Origin: Bacteroidales bacterium
GTDB lineage: Bacteria > Bacteroidota > Bacteroidia > Bacteroidales > WCHB1-69
Reading direction: 5' to 3'
Assembly (NCBI GenBank): GCA_017649855.1
Contig: JAGCGA010000019.1
Location: 7,645 to 71,644 of the forward strand
Length of the DNA: 64,000 bases
The notes beneath the pieces were generated by a model. That model did no database searches and was not told where the DNA came from. It saw only the letters and a program-made list of their open reading frames with translations. Within the stretch, counting starts at the first letter, position 1. Each line of letters begins with the position of its first letter. Both the position numbers and the translations under genes were made by a program. Below, piece by piece: positions 46,145-53,560 of this stretch.

Positions 46145-46522
46145 ATGTTAAGATATTTAGAATATTGTTTCTACAAATATTGCTATCTTTACACCAAATG
46201 GAGTAAACGTTTAAAAAAATTAAATTATTTTTGGGGAGAAAGATTTGTCAGTACGATGGTACTGCTAAATGTTCTAACAATTATAATGTGTATTCAATTA
46301 TTATTATATAAAAAAATTTTTTTCTTGCGTTTGTCAATACTGACACTTATTATTATTACACCCTTGGACATAATCTTTATTGACCATTTTTCAGAGAAAA
46401 AATATGAAGAACTTAAAAATAAATATCAAGGCGAGAAAAATGCAAAACTAAAAGAATTGGGAGTCTTCCTTTATTCTCTTTTATCCATAATCATCGTTGT
46501 TGTTTTACTCATAATATTTTAA
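46145..46522 (+). CDS. Small multi-TM protein; candidate orphan immunity protein
   Basis: 125 aa, three hydrophobic helices, extremely AT-rich, with no toxin ORF directly upstream. Confidence 0.4.
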   Translation: MLRYLEYCFYKYCYLYTKWSKRLKKLNYFWGERFVSTMVLLNVLTIIMCIQLLLYKKIFFLRLSILTLIIITPLDIIFIDHFSEKKYEELKNKYQGEKNAKLKELGVFLYSLLSIIIVVVLLIIF

Positions 46523-46540
46523 TACAAGAAATCAAGCCCA

Positions 46541-47299
46541 ATGTTCAACCTTTTCTCCTCTACTGTTTGCAGGTTCCCCGACAACTTCGTGCAGGCGCCG
46601 GAGAGCACGCAGGGCTACAACTGCTACAGCTACTGCCTCAACAACCCGCTGAAGAGGGTCGATCCTAGCGGGGAGGTCTCTCTAACTCCTTGGTATCTGG
46701 ACCTTATTGGCTTTGTCCATTGGATTGACCATATGGACGAAATGCCTTCGTATGGAACATATTTAGGGGAACAAGGTTGTTTTGTCAGTAATGACGAAAT
46801 GAAATATTATCATGCGGATGGAAGAATAACACAATTGGATATTCCAGAAGTGCAAATTGATGGTACAATAACAAGCACTCCTTTTCCCAATAATAACAAA
46901 TATACAGATTCTCAATACGATTACTCCGAAAAAAACAATAATAATGTTCTGAATAGTCAAGTTGTCGACATTACTTTAAATGCTGTTGGCGTAGTTTCTT
47001 CTGTGGTGTCAGAAGAAGGGAAAGGTGTTCTTAAATATACTGTTGAAGGTGTAGGTTGGATAACCTATGGGACACAAAACGCCAGAGTTGCCAAAAATAT
47101 ATATGAAAATAAAAGATTAACAATCGAAGATAGCTATGATTTGGTAACAATAAACGTTGGTTTCTGGGGAGGACCTGGCGGCGAAATGATTGCTTTCACA
47201 TTGGATATGTATAAAAGGGCAGCCATCTGGATAAGCAATTATTACAGTGAATTGGAAATGGAGTTAAGACGTATGAACACACCCGAGATATTTTATTAG
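46541..47299 (+). CDS. Orphan Rhs-type polymorphic toxin cassette with a shortened tip and an unrelated C-terminal domain
   Basis: 252 aa. MFNLFSSTVCRFPDNFVQAPESTQGYNCYSYCLNNPLKRVDPSGE is followed by a novel domain. Its C-terminal part is Gly-rich and hydrophobic (VTINVGFWGGPGGEMIAFTLDMY), loosely like the fragment at 43932-44168. Confidence 0.68.
   Translation: MFNLFSSTVCRFPDNFVQAPESTQGYNCYSYCLNNPLKRVDPSGEVSLTPWYLDLIGFVHWIDHMDEMPSYGTYLGEQGCFVSNDEMKYYHADGRITQLDIPEVQIDGTITSTPFPNNNKYTDSQYDYSEKNNNNVLNSQVVDITLNAVGVVSSVVSEEGKGVLKYTVEGVGWITYGTQNARVAKNIYENKRLTIEDSYDLVTINVGFWGGPGGEMIAFTLDMYKRAAIWISNYYSELEMELRRMNTPEIFY
46577..46675 (+). repeat. Rhs tip repeat, copy B, 3' part only
   Basis: CCCGACAACTTCGTGCAGGCGCCGGAGAGCACGCAGGGCTACAAC...AGCGGGGAG aligns with 44750-44848. 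Confidence 0.8.
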
Positions 47300-47309
47300 T
47301 TTTATTATT

Positions 47310-47828
47310 ATGAAGTCGAAATGGTCTCTATTTAATATGATTTCGGAAGGGATTATTCCTGTTTTGTGCACTTTGATCATCATTCCATTGTCAATTTGTT
47401 TTATTATGCATATTGGGTGGCTTGATACAGTATGGGAAAACATTTTGCTCGTTTTTTTTATGTTAAATGCACTTTTTCTGTTTGGTATATACCCATTGGC
47501 TGTGTTTGTGAAATGTATATCTTACGATAGGGATACAGTTCTTCGTTATGATATTGCTCAGGATACGATATACTATGAAAGAAAAGACATTATAGTCCGA
47601 TTTTCTTTATCCGAAATTCAGTCCATAGTGATGATTCAGTCACGAGTCCTAACTGTCGGGGAATGTGTTTATGAAATCAAGTTGTATTCAGGCTACGTTA
47701 TTTCCGTAACAGATTTGATTGCAGATGCCAAATATATCATCAAAGCTGTAGAAAATGTTGAATCAGTATATGAGAATCTGCTTTTCAACCCTTTTTATAA
47801 TAAGAATCCACATGTCACACAGCAGTAA
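47310..47828 (+). CDS. Multi-TM protein; candidate immunity protein
   Basis: 172 aa with two N-terminal TM helices and a soluble C-terminal domain. It starts 10 nt after the toxin stop, and its last 7 codons run into tip repeat C. Confidence 0.5.
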   Translation: MKSKWSLFNMISEGIIPVLCTLIIIPLSICFIMHIGWLDTVWENILLVFFMLNALFLFGIYPLAVFVKCISYDRDTVLRYDIAQDTIYYERKDIIVRFSLSEIQSIVMIQSRVLTVGECVYEIKLYSGYVISVTDLIADAKYIIKAVENVESVYENLLFNPFYNKNPHVTQQ

Positions 47829-47918
47829 CTTTACAAATAGTATCTTAACCTATCCACACCCGGTCATCGCCCGCTTCTTCTCGCCCGACAACTTCGTGCA
47901 GGCGCCGGAGAGCACGCA
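47809..47918 (+). repeat. Rhs tip repeat, copy C, 5' part, truncated
   Basis: 110 nt nearly identical to 44675-44784. Similarity stops abruptly after ...GAGAGCACGCA, before the GYNxYSYCLNNP codons. Confidence 0.85.
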
Positions 47919-47940
47919 AAACAGCAATCGAACCAAATAA
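47812..47940 (+). pseudogene. Truncated Rhs core-end remnant with no toxin domain
   Basis: Encodes MSHSSNFTNSILTYPHPVIARFFSPDNFVQAPESTQ followed by NSNRTK and a stop. Confidence 0.65.
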
Positions 47941-47977
47941 TTTACACCTCACTATGTCATCGCTATATTCTTTTTGC

Positions 47978-47985
47978 TATTTTTG
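47978..47985 (+). promoter_or_regulatory. -7 box TAttTTTG upstream of trkA
   Basis: TATTTTTG followed by CGAC, 24 nt before the ATG at 48010. Confidence 0.55.
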
Positions 47986-48009
47986 CGACTTCTTTATAAA
48001 ATCACGATT

Positions 48010-48708
48010 ATGGCACAGGAAAAATTTGTGGTGATTGGCGCTGGACATTTCGGTCAAGCTATCAGCCGGGCTCTCTCTGAAAAGGGGCACGAGGTGTTGG
48101 TGATTGACAACGACATCAAAGTGGTGCAGGACATCTCCGAGGATGTGGCCTATGCTGTCTGTACTGACGCCACCAACAAACGGGCACTGATCAACGAGAA
48201 TATCCAAACCTTCGACGTGGCCATTGTGGCCATCGGCAACGACTTTGTGGGCCGGCTGCTCTGTACCGCCAACCTGCTTGACTTGGGCGTGAAGCGCATC
48301 ATCTGCCGCGTCATGGGCGAGAACCAGCGGACCATCCTCTCCAAAATGGGCATCAGCGAGTTCCTGTCCCCTGAAGACGAGGTGGGCGCCCTGCTCGCGG
48401 AACGCCTCACCAACCCCAATATCATCTCCTATCTGCAACTTCCTGACGGCTACAAGGTGGCGGAGATCATCGCCCCCAGCAGCCTGGAAGGCCTCACCCT
48501 GGGCGATATCGATTTCCGCGACAACCATAAACTGAGTTTGATCACCATCCGCCGGAGCTTTACCGAGACGGATGCCGACAACAAGGAACAGATCCAGCAG
48601 CACATCATCGGTGTGCCCGACACTTCATCCGTCATCCAAAAGGACGACGTGTTTGTCTTGTTCGGCAAGGAGAGCGATCTGGATAACTTTATCAAAATCA
48701 ACTTGTAA
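48010..48708 (+). CDS. trkA: Potassium uptake protein TrkA/KtrA (RCK domain)
   Basis: The start is moved to MAQEKFVVIGAGHFG, a Rossmann motif downstream of the promoter box. TrkA-N and TrkA-C organisation. Confidence 0.9.
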   Translation: MAQEKFVVIGAGHFGQAISRALSEKGHEVLVIDNDIKVVQDISEDVAYAVCTDATNKRALINENIQTFDVAIVAIGNDFVGRLLCTANLLDLGVKRIICRVMGENQRTILSKMGISEFLSPEDEVGALLAERLTNPNIISYLQLPDGYKVAEIIAPSSLEGLTLGDIDFRDNHKLSLITIRRSFTETDADNKEQIQQHIIGVPDTSSVIQKDDVFVLFGKESDLDNFIKINL

Positions 48709-50519
48709 TGTGGTTTAATAAATCACATAAAGAGTACGCTCATAGCAAGCTGAAACTCCATATTGCAACACATAAGGAGAAGGTGTATCGTATCTTACAG
48801 GTGCTCAGTCTGTTCATTTCCCTGACGACCATCGCCTGCATCATCTGCTATCACGGTCTCTATATCTCCACCTATCTGAAGAATGTCTTCCGCTGGGTTA
48901 TCTTCGGCAGTTTGCTGTTCTATGTGGTCAAGTATTTTCTGATGCTTTTCTATTCCCTGCACCGCATCGAGTATCTGAAACGATCGTGGTTTGAAGGCAT
49001 CATTATCGCGTTGCTGATCCTGCAGTTTTTCTCCTATTTCATCTTCAACTTTGACTTGAGGATGATCAGCTCTATCAATTTCGAGAACTATTATCTCCTG
49101 TTCATCCAGTTCTATTTTCTTATCATCGTGCTGATAGAGTTCACCAAGGTCAGCGGCCTGATGGGGCGTCATAAGATCAGTCCGCCCGTGCTGATGTTGC
49201 TCTCTTTTTTCATGTTGATACTTGTGGGAACGGTCCTGCTCTCCATGCCGAGGATGACCACCAACGGCATCTCCTTGATTGATGCGCTGTTTACGGCTAC
49301 CAGTGCCAGCTGTATCACGGGCTTGACCACCGTGAGTACGGGCACGGCCTTCACCATCAAAGGACAGATTGTAATCATGATCCTGGTGCAGCTAGGCGGT
49401 ATGAGCATCCTGTCCTTCGCAACCTTCTTCTCCACTTTCCTGTCGCAGTCGTACGTGGGGCTCCGCTACCAGTATATGGTGCGCGATATCATGAACACGG
49501 ACCAGCTGTCAGATACTGTCTCCCTGGTTCGCAGCATTGTGCTGACCACCTTCACCATTGAGCTGGTGGGTGCGGCATTGCTGTTTACCTATTGGAAGAC
49601 AACCGGCATTTTCCATTCCGACGGGCAGAATCTGTTCTATTCGCTCTTCTATGCCATCTCTGCCTTTAACAACGGTGGCTTTGTCCTGGTTGACAAGAGT
49701 CTGCTGGAGATGGGGGTGGACAACACCTATTTCCCGCAGATCGTGATGATGGCGCTGGTCTTTTTGGGCGGTATCGGCTTTTTGACCATCCGTGATTTCT
49801 TCAGTACCCGTTATATCCGCCAGCGTAACAAGTACAAATGGAAAAAACTGATGCCCCAGACACAGGTGGTGCTGTTGACCACCTTTGCGTTGATTATTGT
49901 GGGCACCATTCTTTTCTTCTTTATTGAGAACAAACATGCGCTAAGTGGTCAGGGAGGACTCTTTGACAGGATGTTTGTGGCGCTTTTCCAAATTGTGACC
50001 TGCCGGACTTCCGGATTTACCGTGTTGGATATCAGCAGTATGCACCTTTCCTCGGTGATGATCATCATCTTGCTTATGTTTATTGGCGGGGCTCCGGGCT
50101 CCACGGGTGGCGGTATCAAGACCACCACTTTGTTCGTGTTGGTCCAGAGCATCAAGGCCACTGTCTTGGGAAAGAAACGGCTGGAACACAATCATCGTAC
50201 GATCCCGTTCTCCATGGTGGATCGTGCCAGCACCATTGTGATGATGTCTTTGATCTTTATTTTCGCCTCTTGCTTCTTGATAGCGGTGGTACAACCCGAT
50301 GTGCCCCTGATGGATGTGATGTTTGAGACCACCTCCGGCTTCACCACCTGCGGTCTATCCACGGGCGCGCCAGCCACCTGGAATTGGGCGGCCAAGCTGG
50401 TGCTGATCTTCGACATGTACATTGGACGTATCGGCACGTTGACCATTGCCTTTGCCTTGACGCGGCAGAGGAAAGAGTCGCAGCATCAGTATCCGGATAT
50501 GTACATCATGGTAGGTTAG
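48708..50519 (+). CDS. trkH: Potassium transporter TrkH/KtrB family
   Basis: 603 aa, polytopic, with repeated selectivity-filter-like segments (SASCITGL, AFNNGGF, RTSGFT, TTCGLSTG). Its start overlaps the trkA stop. Confidence 0.9.
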   Translation: MWFNKSHKEYAHSKLKLHIATHKEKVYRILQVLSLFISLTTIACIICYHGLYISTYLKNVFRWVIFGSLLFYVVKYFLMLFYSLHRIEYLKRSWFEGIIIALLILQFFSYFIFNFDLRMISSINFENYYLLFIQFYFLIIVLIEFTKVSGLMGRHKISPPVLMLLSFFMLILVGTVLLSMPRMTTNGISLIDALFTATSASCITGLTTVSTGTAFTIKGQIVIMILVQLGGMSILSFATFFSTFLSQSYVGLRYQYMVRDIMNTDQLSDTVSLVRSIVLTTFTIELVGAALLFTYWKTTGIFHSDGQNLFYSLFYAISAFNNGGFVLVDKSLLEMGVDNTYFPQIVMMALVFLGGIGFLTIRDFFSTRYIRQRNKYKWKKLMPQTQVVLLTTFALIIVGTILFFFIENKHALSGQGGLFDRMFVALFQIVTCRTSGFTVLDISSMHLSSVMIIILLMFIGGAPGSTGGGIKTTTLFVLVQSIKATVLGKKRLEHNHRTIPFSMVDRASTIVMMSLIFIFASCFLIAVVQPDVPLMDVMFETTSGFTTCGLSTGAPATWNWAAKLVLIFDMYIGRIGTLTIAFALTRQRKESQHQYPDMYIMVG

Positions 50520-50569
50520 CGTAATGGATCTTTGCCACTAATTATCGTGAAATAAAAAAGAACTTTATA

Positions 50570-51532
50570 ATGAAAAAAGTATTAGGAATAGGAAATGCAT
50601 TGGTTGACATATTGGTCAACGTGAAGGATGAAGAGATTGCCCGTTATGGATTGCAGAAGGGCGGCATGAGTATGATCGATGCGGAGCGCAAGCGAGCGTT
50701 GCACGCGCAGTTGCGGGATGTGCCCCAGGTGTGCGCCACCGGCGGCTCCACGTCCAACACCATCCACGCCTTGGCCCGGCTGGGCATGCCGGCCGGCTAT
50801 ATTGGCAAGGTGGGCAATGACGAGATGGGTGACTTCTTCCGTCGCGAGATGGAGCGCTTCGGCGTTACCCCACACCTGATACACTCCGACACCGACACGG
50901 GCATTGCCACCACCTATATCTCCGCCGACGGGGAGCGCACCTTTGCCACCTATCTGGGCGCCGCTGCCGAGATGACCGCCGAGGAGGTCAACCCCGACAT
51001 CTTGTCGCAGTACGACCTCATCCACGTGGAGGGCTATCTCATCTTCAACCACGACCTGATCCTGCGCGTCTGCCAGGCTGCCAAAGCCCAAGGTCTTCGC
51101 ATCTCCATGGATATGGCCAGCTATAACCTCATCGAAGAGCATTACGACTTTGTGGAGATGCTCCTGCGCGAGTATGTCGATATCATCTTTGCCAACGAGG
51201 AAGAGGCCAAGGCATTCACCCATAAGGAGGGACTGGAAGCCCTGGAGGTTCTGTCACATTATTGTGACGTGGCCATTGTCAAGGTGGGCAAGGACGGTTC
51301 CTACATTCAAATGAATGGACAGACCACCCAGGTGGATCCGGTGGAAGCCACTCGCGTTGACACCACCGGCGCCGGCGATATCTATGCCGCTGGCTTCCTC
51401 TACGGCTATCTGAACGGGATGAGCGCCGAAGAAACGGGAAGGCTGGCCTCTTGGCTCTCGGCACGAATGATTGAAAATGTAGGCGCCAAGCTGCCGGACG
51501 AGGTGTGGGCAAAAGTTCCGGAAATGCTATAA
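50570..51532 (+). CDS. PfkB-family carbohydrate or nucleoside kinase (adenosine kinase-like)
   Basis: 320 aa with an N-terminal GNALVD and the C-terminal DTTGAGDIYAAGFLYG signature. Confidence 0.85.
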   Translation: MKKVLGIGNALVDILVNVKDEEIARYGLQKGGMSMIDAERKRALHAQLRDVPQVCATGGSTSNTIHALARLGMPAGYIGKVGNDEMGDFFRREMERFGVTPHLIHSDTDTGIATTYISADGERTFATYLGAAAEMTAEEVNPDILSQYDLIHVEGYLIFNHDLILRVCQAAKAQGLRISMDMASYNLIEEHYDFVEMLLREYVDIIFANEEEAKAFTHKEGLEALEVLSHYCDVAIVKVGKDGSYIQMNGQTTQVDPVEATRVDTTGAGDIYAAGFLYGYLNGMSAEETGRLASWLSARMIENVGAKLPDEVWAKVPEML

Positions 51533-51562
51533 AAAAAGAGGTTTTGAATAGCCAAAACCTCT
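51530..51562 (-). terminator. Terminator downstream of tRNA-Thr; the hairpin is shared with the convergent kinase gene
   Basis: AGAGGTTTTG-N6-CAAAACCTCT. The reverse strand has a T7 run after the hairpin. Confidence 0.65.
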
Positions 51563-51570
51563 TGATGTTG

Positions 51571-51643
<73 letters not shown>

Positions 51644-51657
51644 TTGCTTTGAGGCGG

Positions 51658-51665
51658 CAAAAATA
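51658..51665 (-). promoter_or_regulatory. -7 box TAttTTTG (reverse strand) upstream of tRNA-Thr
   Basis: The reverse complement reads GTGTATTTTTGCCGCC, 14 nt before the tRNA 5' end. Confidence 0.6.
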
Positions 51666-51775
51666 CACTTTTTTTTGATATGAGACTCATTAAACATTTT
51701 TTTGCTTTTGACATGCCCTTTTTCGCAACGACAAGGTTGTCGGGAACTGGCACGCAGAACGAGAATAGATAGGCC

Positions 51776-52327
51776 ATGAACATACTTACTCTGTTACTGT
51801 TAGCACTCAGTCTGGCGATGGATTGTTTCGCGGTCAGCTGCACGGCCGGGATCACCCAGCCCAACCTCCGCTGGAAGAACGTCCTGCTGTTTGCCTTCTC
51901 TTTCGGCTTTTTCCAAGCCATGATGCCCCTGATCGGCTATCTGTTGGGGGTCTCTGTTTCCCAGTTTGTGGAGCGGTATGCCCCGTGGATTGCCTTTGGC
52001 CTGCTGGCATTCATCGGAGGGAAGATGATCTTGGAAGGGGTGCGCAACAATGAGGAGACCATGGTGGACATGAGCACCCTCAAGAGTGTGCTGCTGCTAT
52101 CGGTGGCCACCAGCATCGATGCCCTGGCCGTGGGATTCTCCTTCTCGCTGCTGGAGAACACGTCGATTGCGCTGGCCGTGTTCCTGATAGGTGTCGTCTC
52201 TTTTGGGGCTTCCATCCTGGGTTATGAGCTGACGCGCCAGTTTGGCAAACACATCAAAAGCCATATCGCCGAGATTATCGGCGGCATCGTGCTGATCGGC
52301 ATCGGTCTGCGAATTTTGATTTTTTAA
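51776..52327 (+). CDS. mntP: Manganese efflux pump MntP
   Basis: 183 aa, six TM helices, with the duplicated LAMDCFAVS and TSIDALAVG motifs. Confidence 0.9.
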   Translation: MNILTLLLLALSLAMDCFAVSCTAGITQPNLRWKNVLLFAFSFGFFQAMMPLIGYLLGVSVSQFVERYAPWIAFGLLAFIGGKMILEGVRNNEETMVDMSTLKSVLLLSVATSIDALAVGFSFSLLENTSIALAVFLIGVVSFGASILGYELTRQFGKHIKSHIAEIIGGIVLIGIGLRILIF

Positions 52328-52353
52328 GAGCGAAACGAAGACGAAAGGGACGG

Positions 52354-53418
52354 TTATCGCTTGACGATCTTCCGTATGGTCTGGTGTGCCCCGTTCTGAA
52401 GGTGCAGGAGGTAGATGCCGGATGGGAAATCTTCCAAGGAGATGGTCATATCCTCTGCTTCAGAGAAGGTGGTGGACCATAGTATCTGACCGGTGAGACT
52501 GTACAGTTGGCAGGTCAGGGGCTCGTCCAGCGCCGTGATGTTGATGTGCACATAGTCGGCGGTGGGGTTGGGATAGAGGCTGCAGGTGGCCAGTGCATAG
52601 TCATCCACGGCTGTCACGAAGGGCTGCAGGGTGTCGCTCCCGAAGATCATATTGACCAGTTCGGGAAAGTCGATGAATGGGTTGCGATTTTTCTGAATGC
52701 CATAGATGGCGTTGTTCCGGTCGATCTCCTTCTGGCTTACCGGATCCAGGGCATGCCAGCTGAGCAGCATTTGCTGTGCCCAGGGCTTGAGGGAGCCGCC
52801 ATTAAACATGGACTGACCGTAGCCCATGTTTTTGTTCATATAGCAGACAGCCATGTAAAAGTAGGAGCGGGCCAGGTCGCCTTTATAGGCATCGATGGGT
52901 TCGAAGACCTGTCCGTTATAGCCAGGTGTGGCGCAGGAGCCCACCTTGGAGCCGTTGAGGCTGGTCCAGGTGGCGTTGCCGACCTTTCCGAAGGGCAGGT
53001 TGCCGCGTTTGTTGTTCACCCATCCGTCGGTGGGGTAGAGGTGAAAAAGGTCGGTATACATGGAATCAGCGCCATTGAACCAGCTTTGGGGTACGGAGTG
53101 CTCGCGGTTGTAACAGTCACCCTCTGAGTCGTAGTTGCCACACTGGTTGGTCCCAAAAGTGTAGAGATAGGGCGCCTGGCCGTTGGGATTGTCGGAATAG
53201 ATGTCCCACACCTTGCCGTCGGGGCGGGCGTCGGTGCTGTAGAAATCCGCCCACAATTCACCATAGTCTTCCTCTATGTGATTTTTGATGATCTGGTGCA
53301 AGGCCACCCGCAGGGCATAACCGTGCAGGTTTTCGGCAGATTGGTAGTAGTCGGTTGGAATTTGGGCAAACAGGCTGGTAGCCACGGCCATCCATAGTAT
53401 GCTGAGAAAAGGTTTCAT
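52354..53418 (-). CDS. Secreted endonuclease I-family nuclease with a T9SS C-terminal sorting domain
   Basis: The start is moved to MKPFLSILWMAVATSLFAQ, a signal peptide. NREHSVPQSWF and DLFHLYPTDGWVNNKRGNLPFG match the endonuclease I (EndA/Vvn) pattern. The C-terminus is SLYPNPTADYVHINI...GIYLLHLQNGAHQTIRKIVKR. Confidence 0.85.
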   Translation of the reverse strand: MKPFLSILWMAVATSLFAQIPTDYYQSAENLHGYALRVALHQIIKNHIEEDYGELWADFYSTDARPDGKVWDIYSDNPNGQAPYLYTFGTNQCGNYDSEGDCYNREHSVPQSWFNGADSMYTDLFHLYPTDGWVNNKRGNLPFGKVGNATWTSLNGSKVGSCATPGYNGQVFEPIDAYKGDLARSYFYMAVCYMNKNMGYGQSMFNGGSLKPWAQQMLLSWHALDPVSQKEIDRNNAIYGIQKNRNPFIDFPELVNMIFGSDTLQPFVTAVDDYALATCSLYPNPTADYVHINITALDEPLTCQLYSLTGQILWSTTFSEAEDMTISLEDFPSGIYLLHLQNGAHQTIRKIVKR

Positions 53419-53438
53419 TGTGTTAAAATTGTGAGGGC

Positions 53439-53446
53439 AAAAATAG
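53439..53446 (-). promoter_or_regulatory. -7 box TAttTTTG (reverse strand) upstream of the nuclease gene
   Basis: The reverse complement of CAAAAATA, about 21 nt upstream of the ATG. Confidence 0.5.
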
Positions 53447-53528
53447 CAAAATATATGGTCGGAGAGATATCCCTTTTTTCGTGGTGATAGTTTTTTGCAA
53501 AAAAGCGCGAATTGTCTGATAAATTGAT

Positions 53529-53536
53529 TATTTTTG
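53529..53536 (+). promoter_or_regulatory. -7 box TAttTTTG upstream of the mutA-like gene
   Basis: TATTTTTG followed by CGC, 24 nt before the ATG at 53561. Confidence 0.55.
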
Positions 53537-53560
53537 CGCTTTCTTTTTATTGACGAAAAT

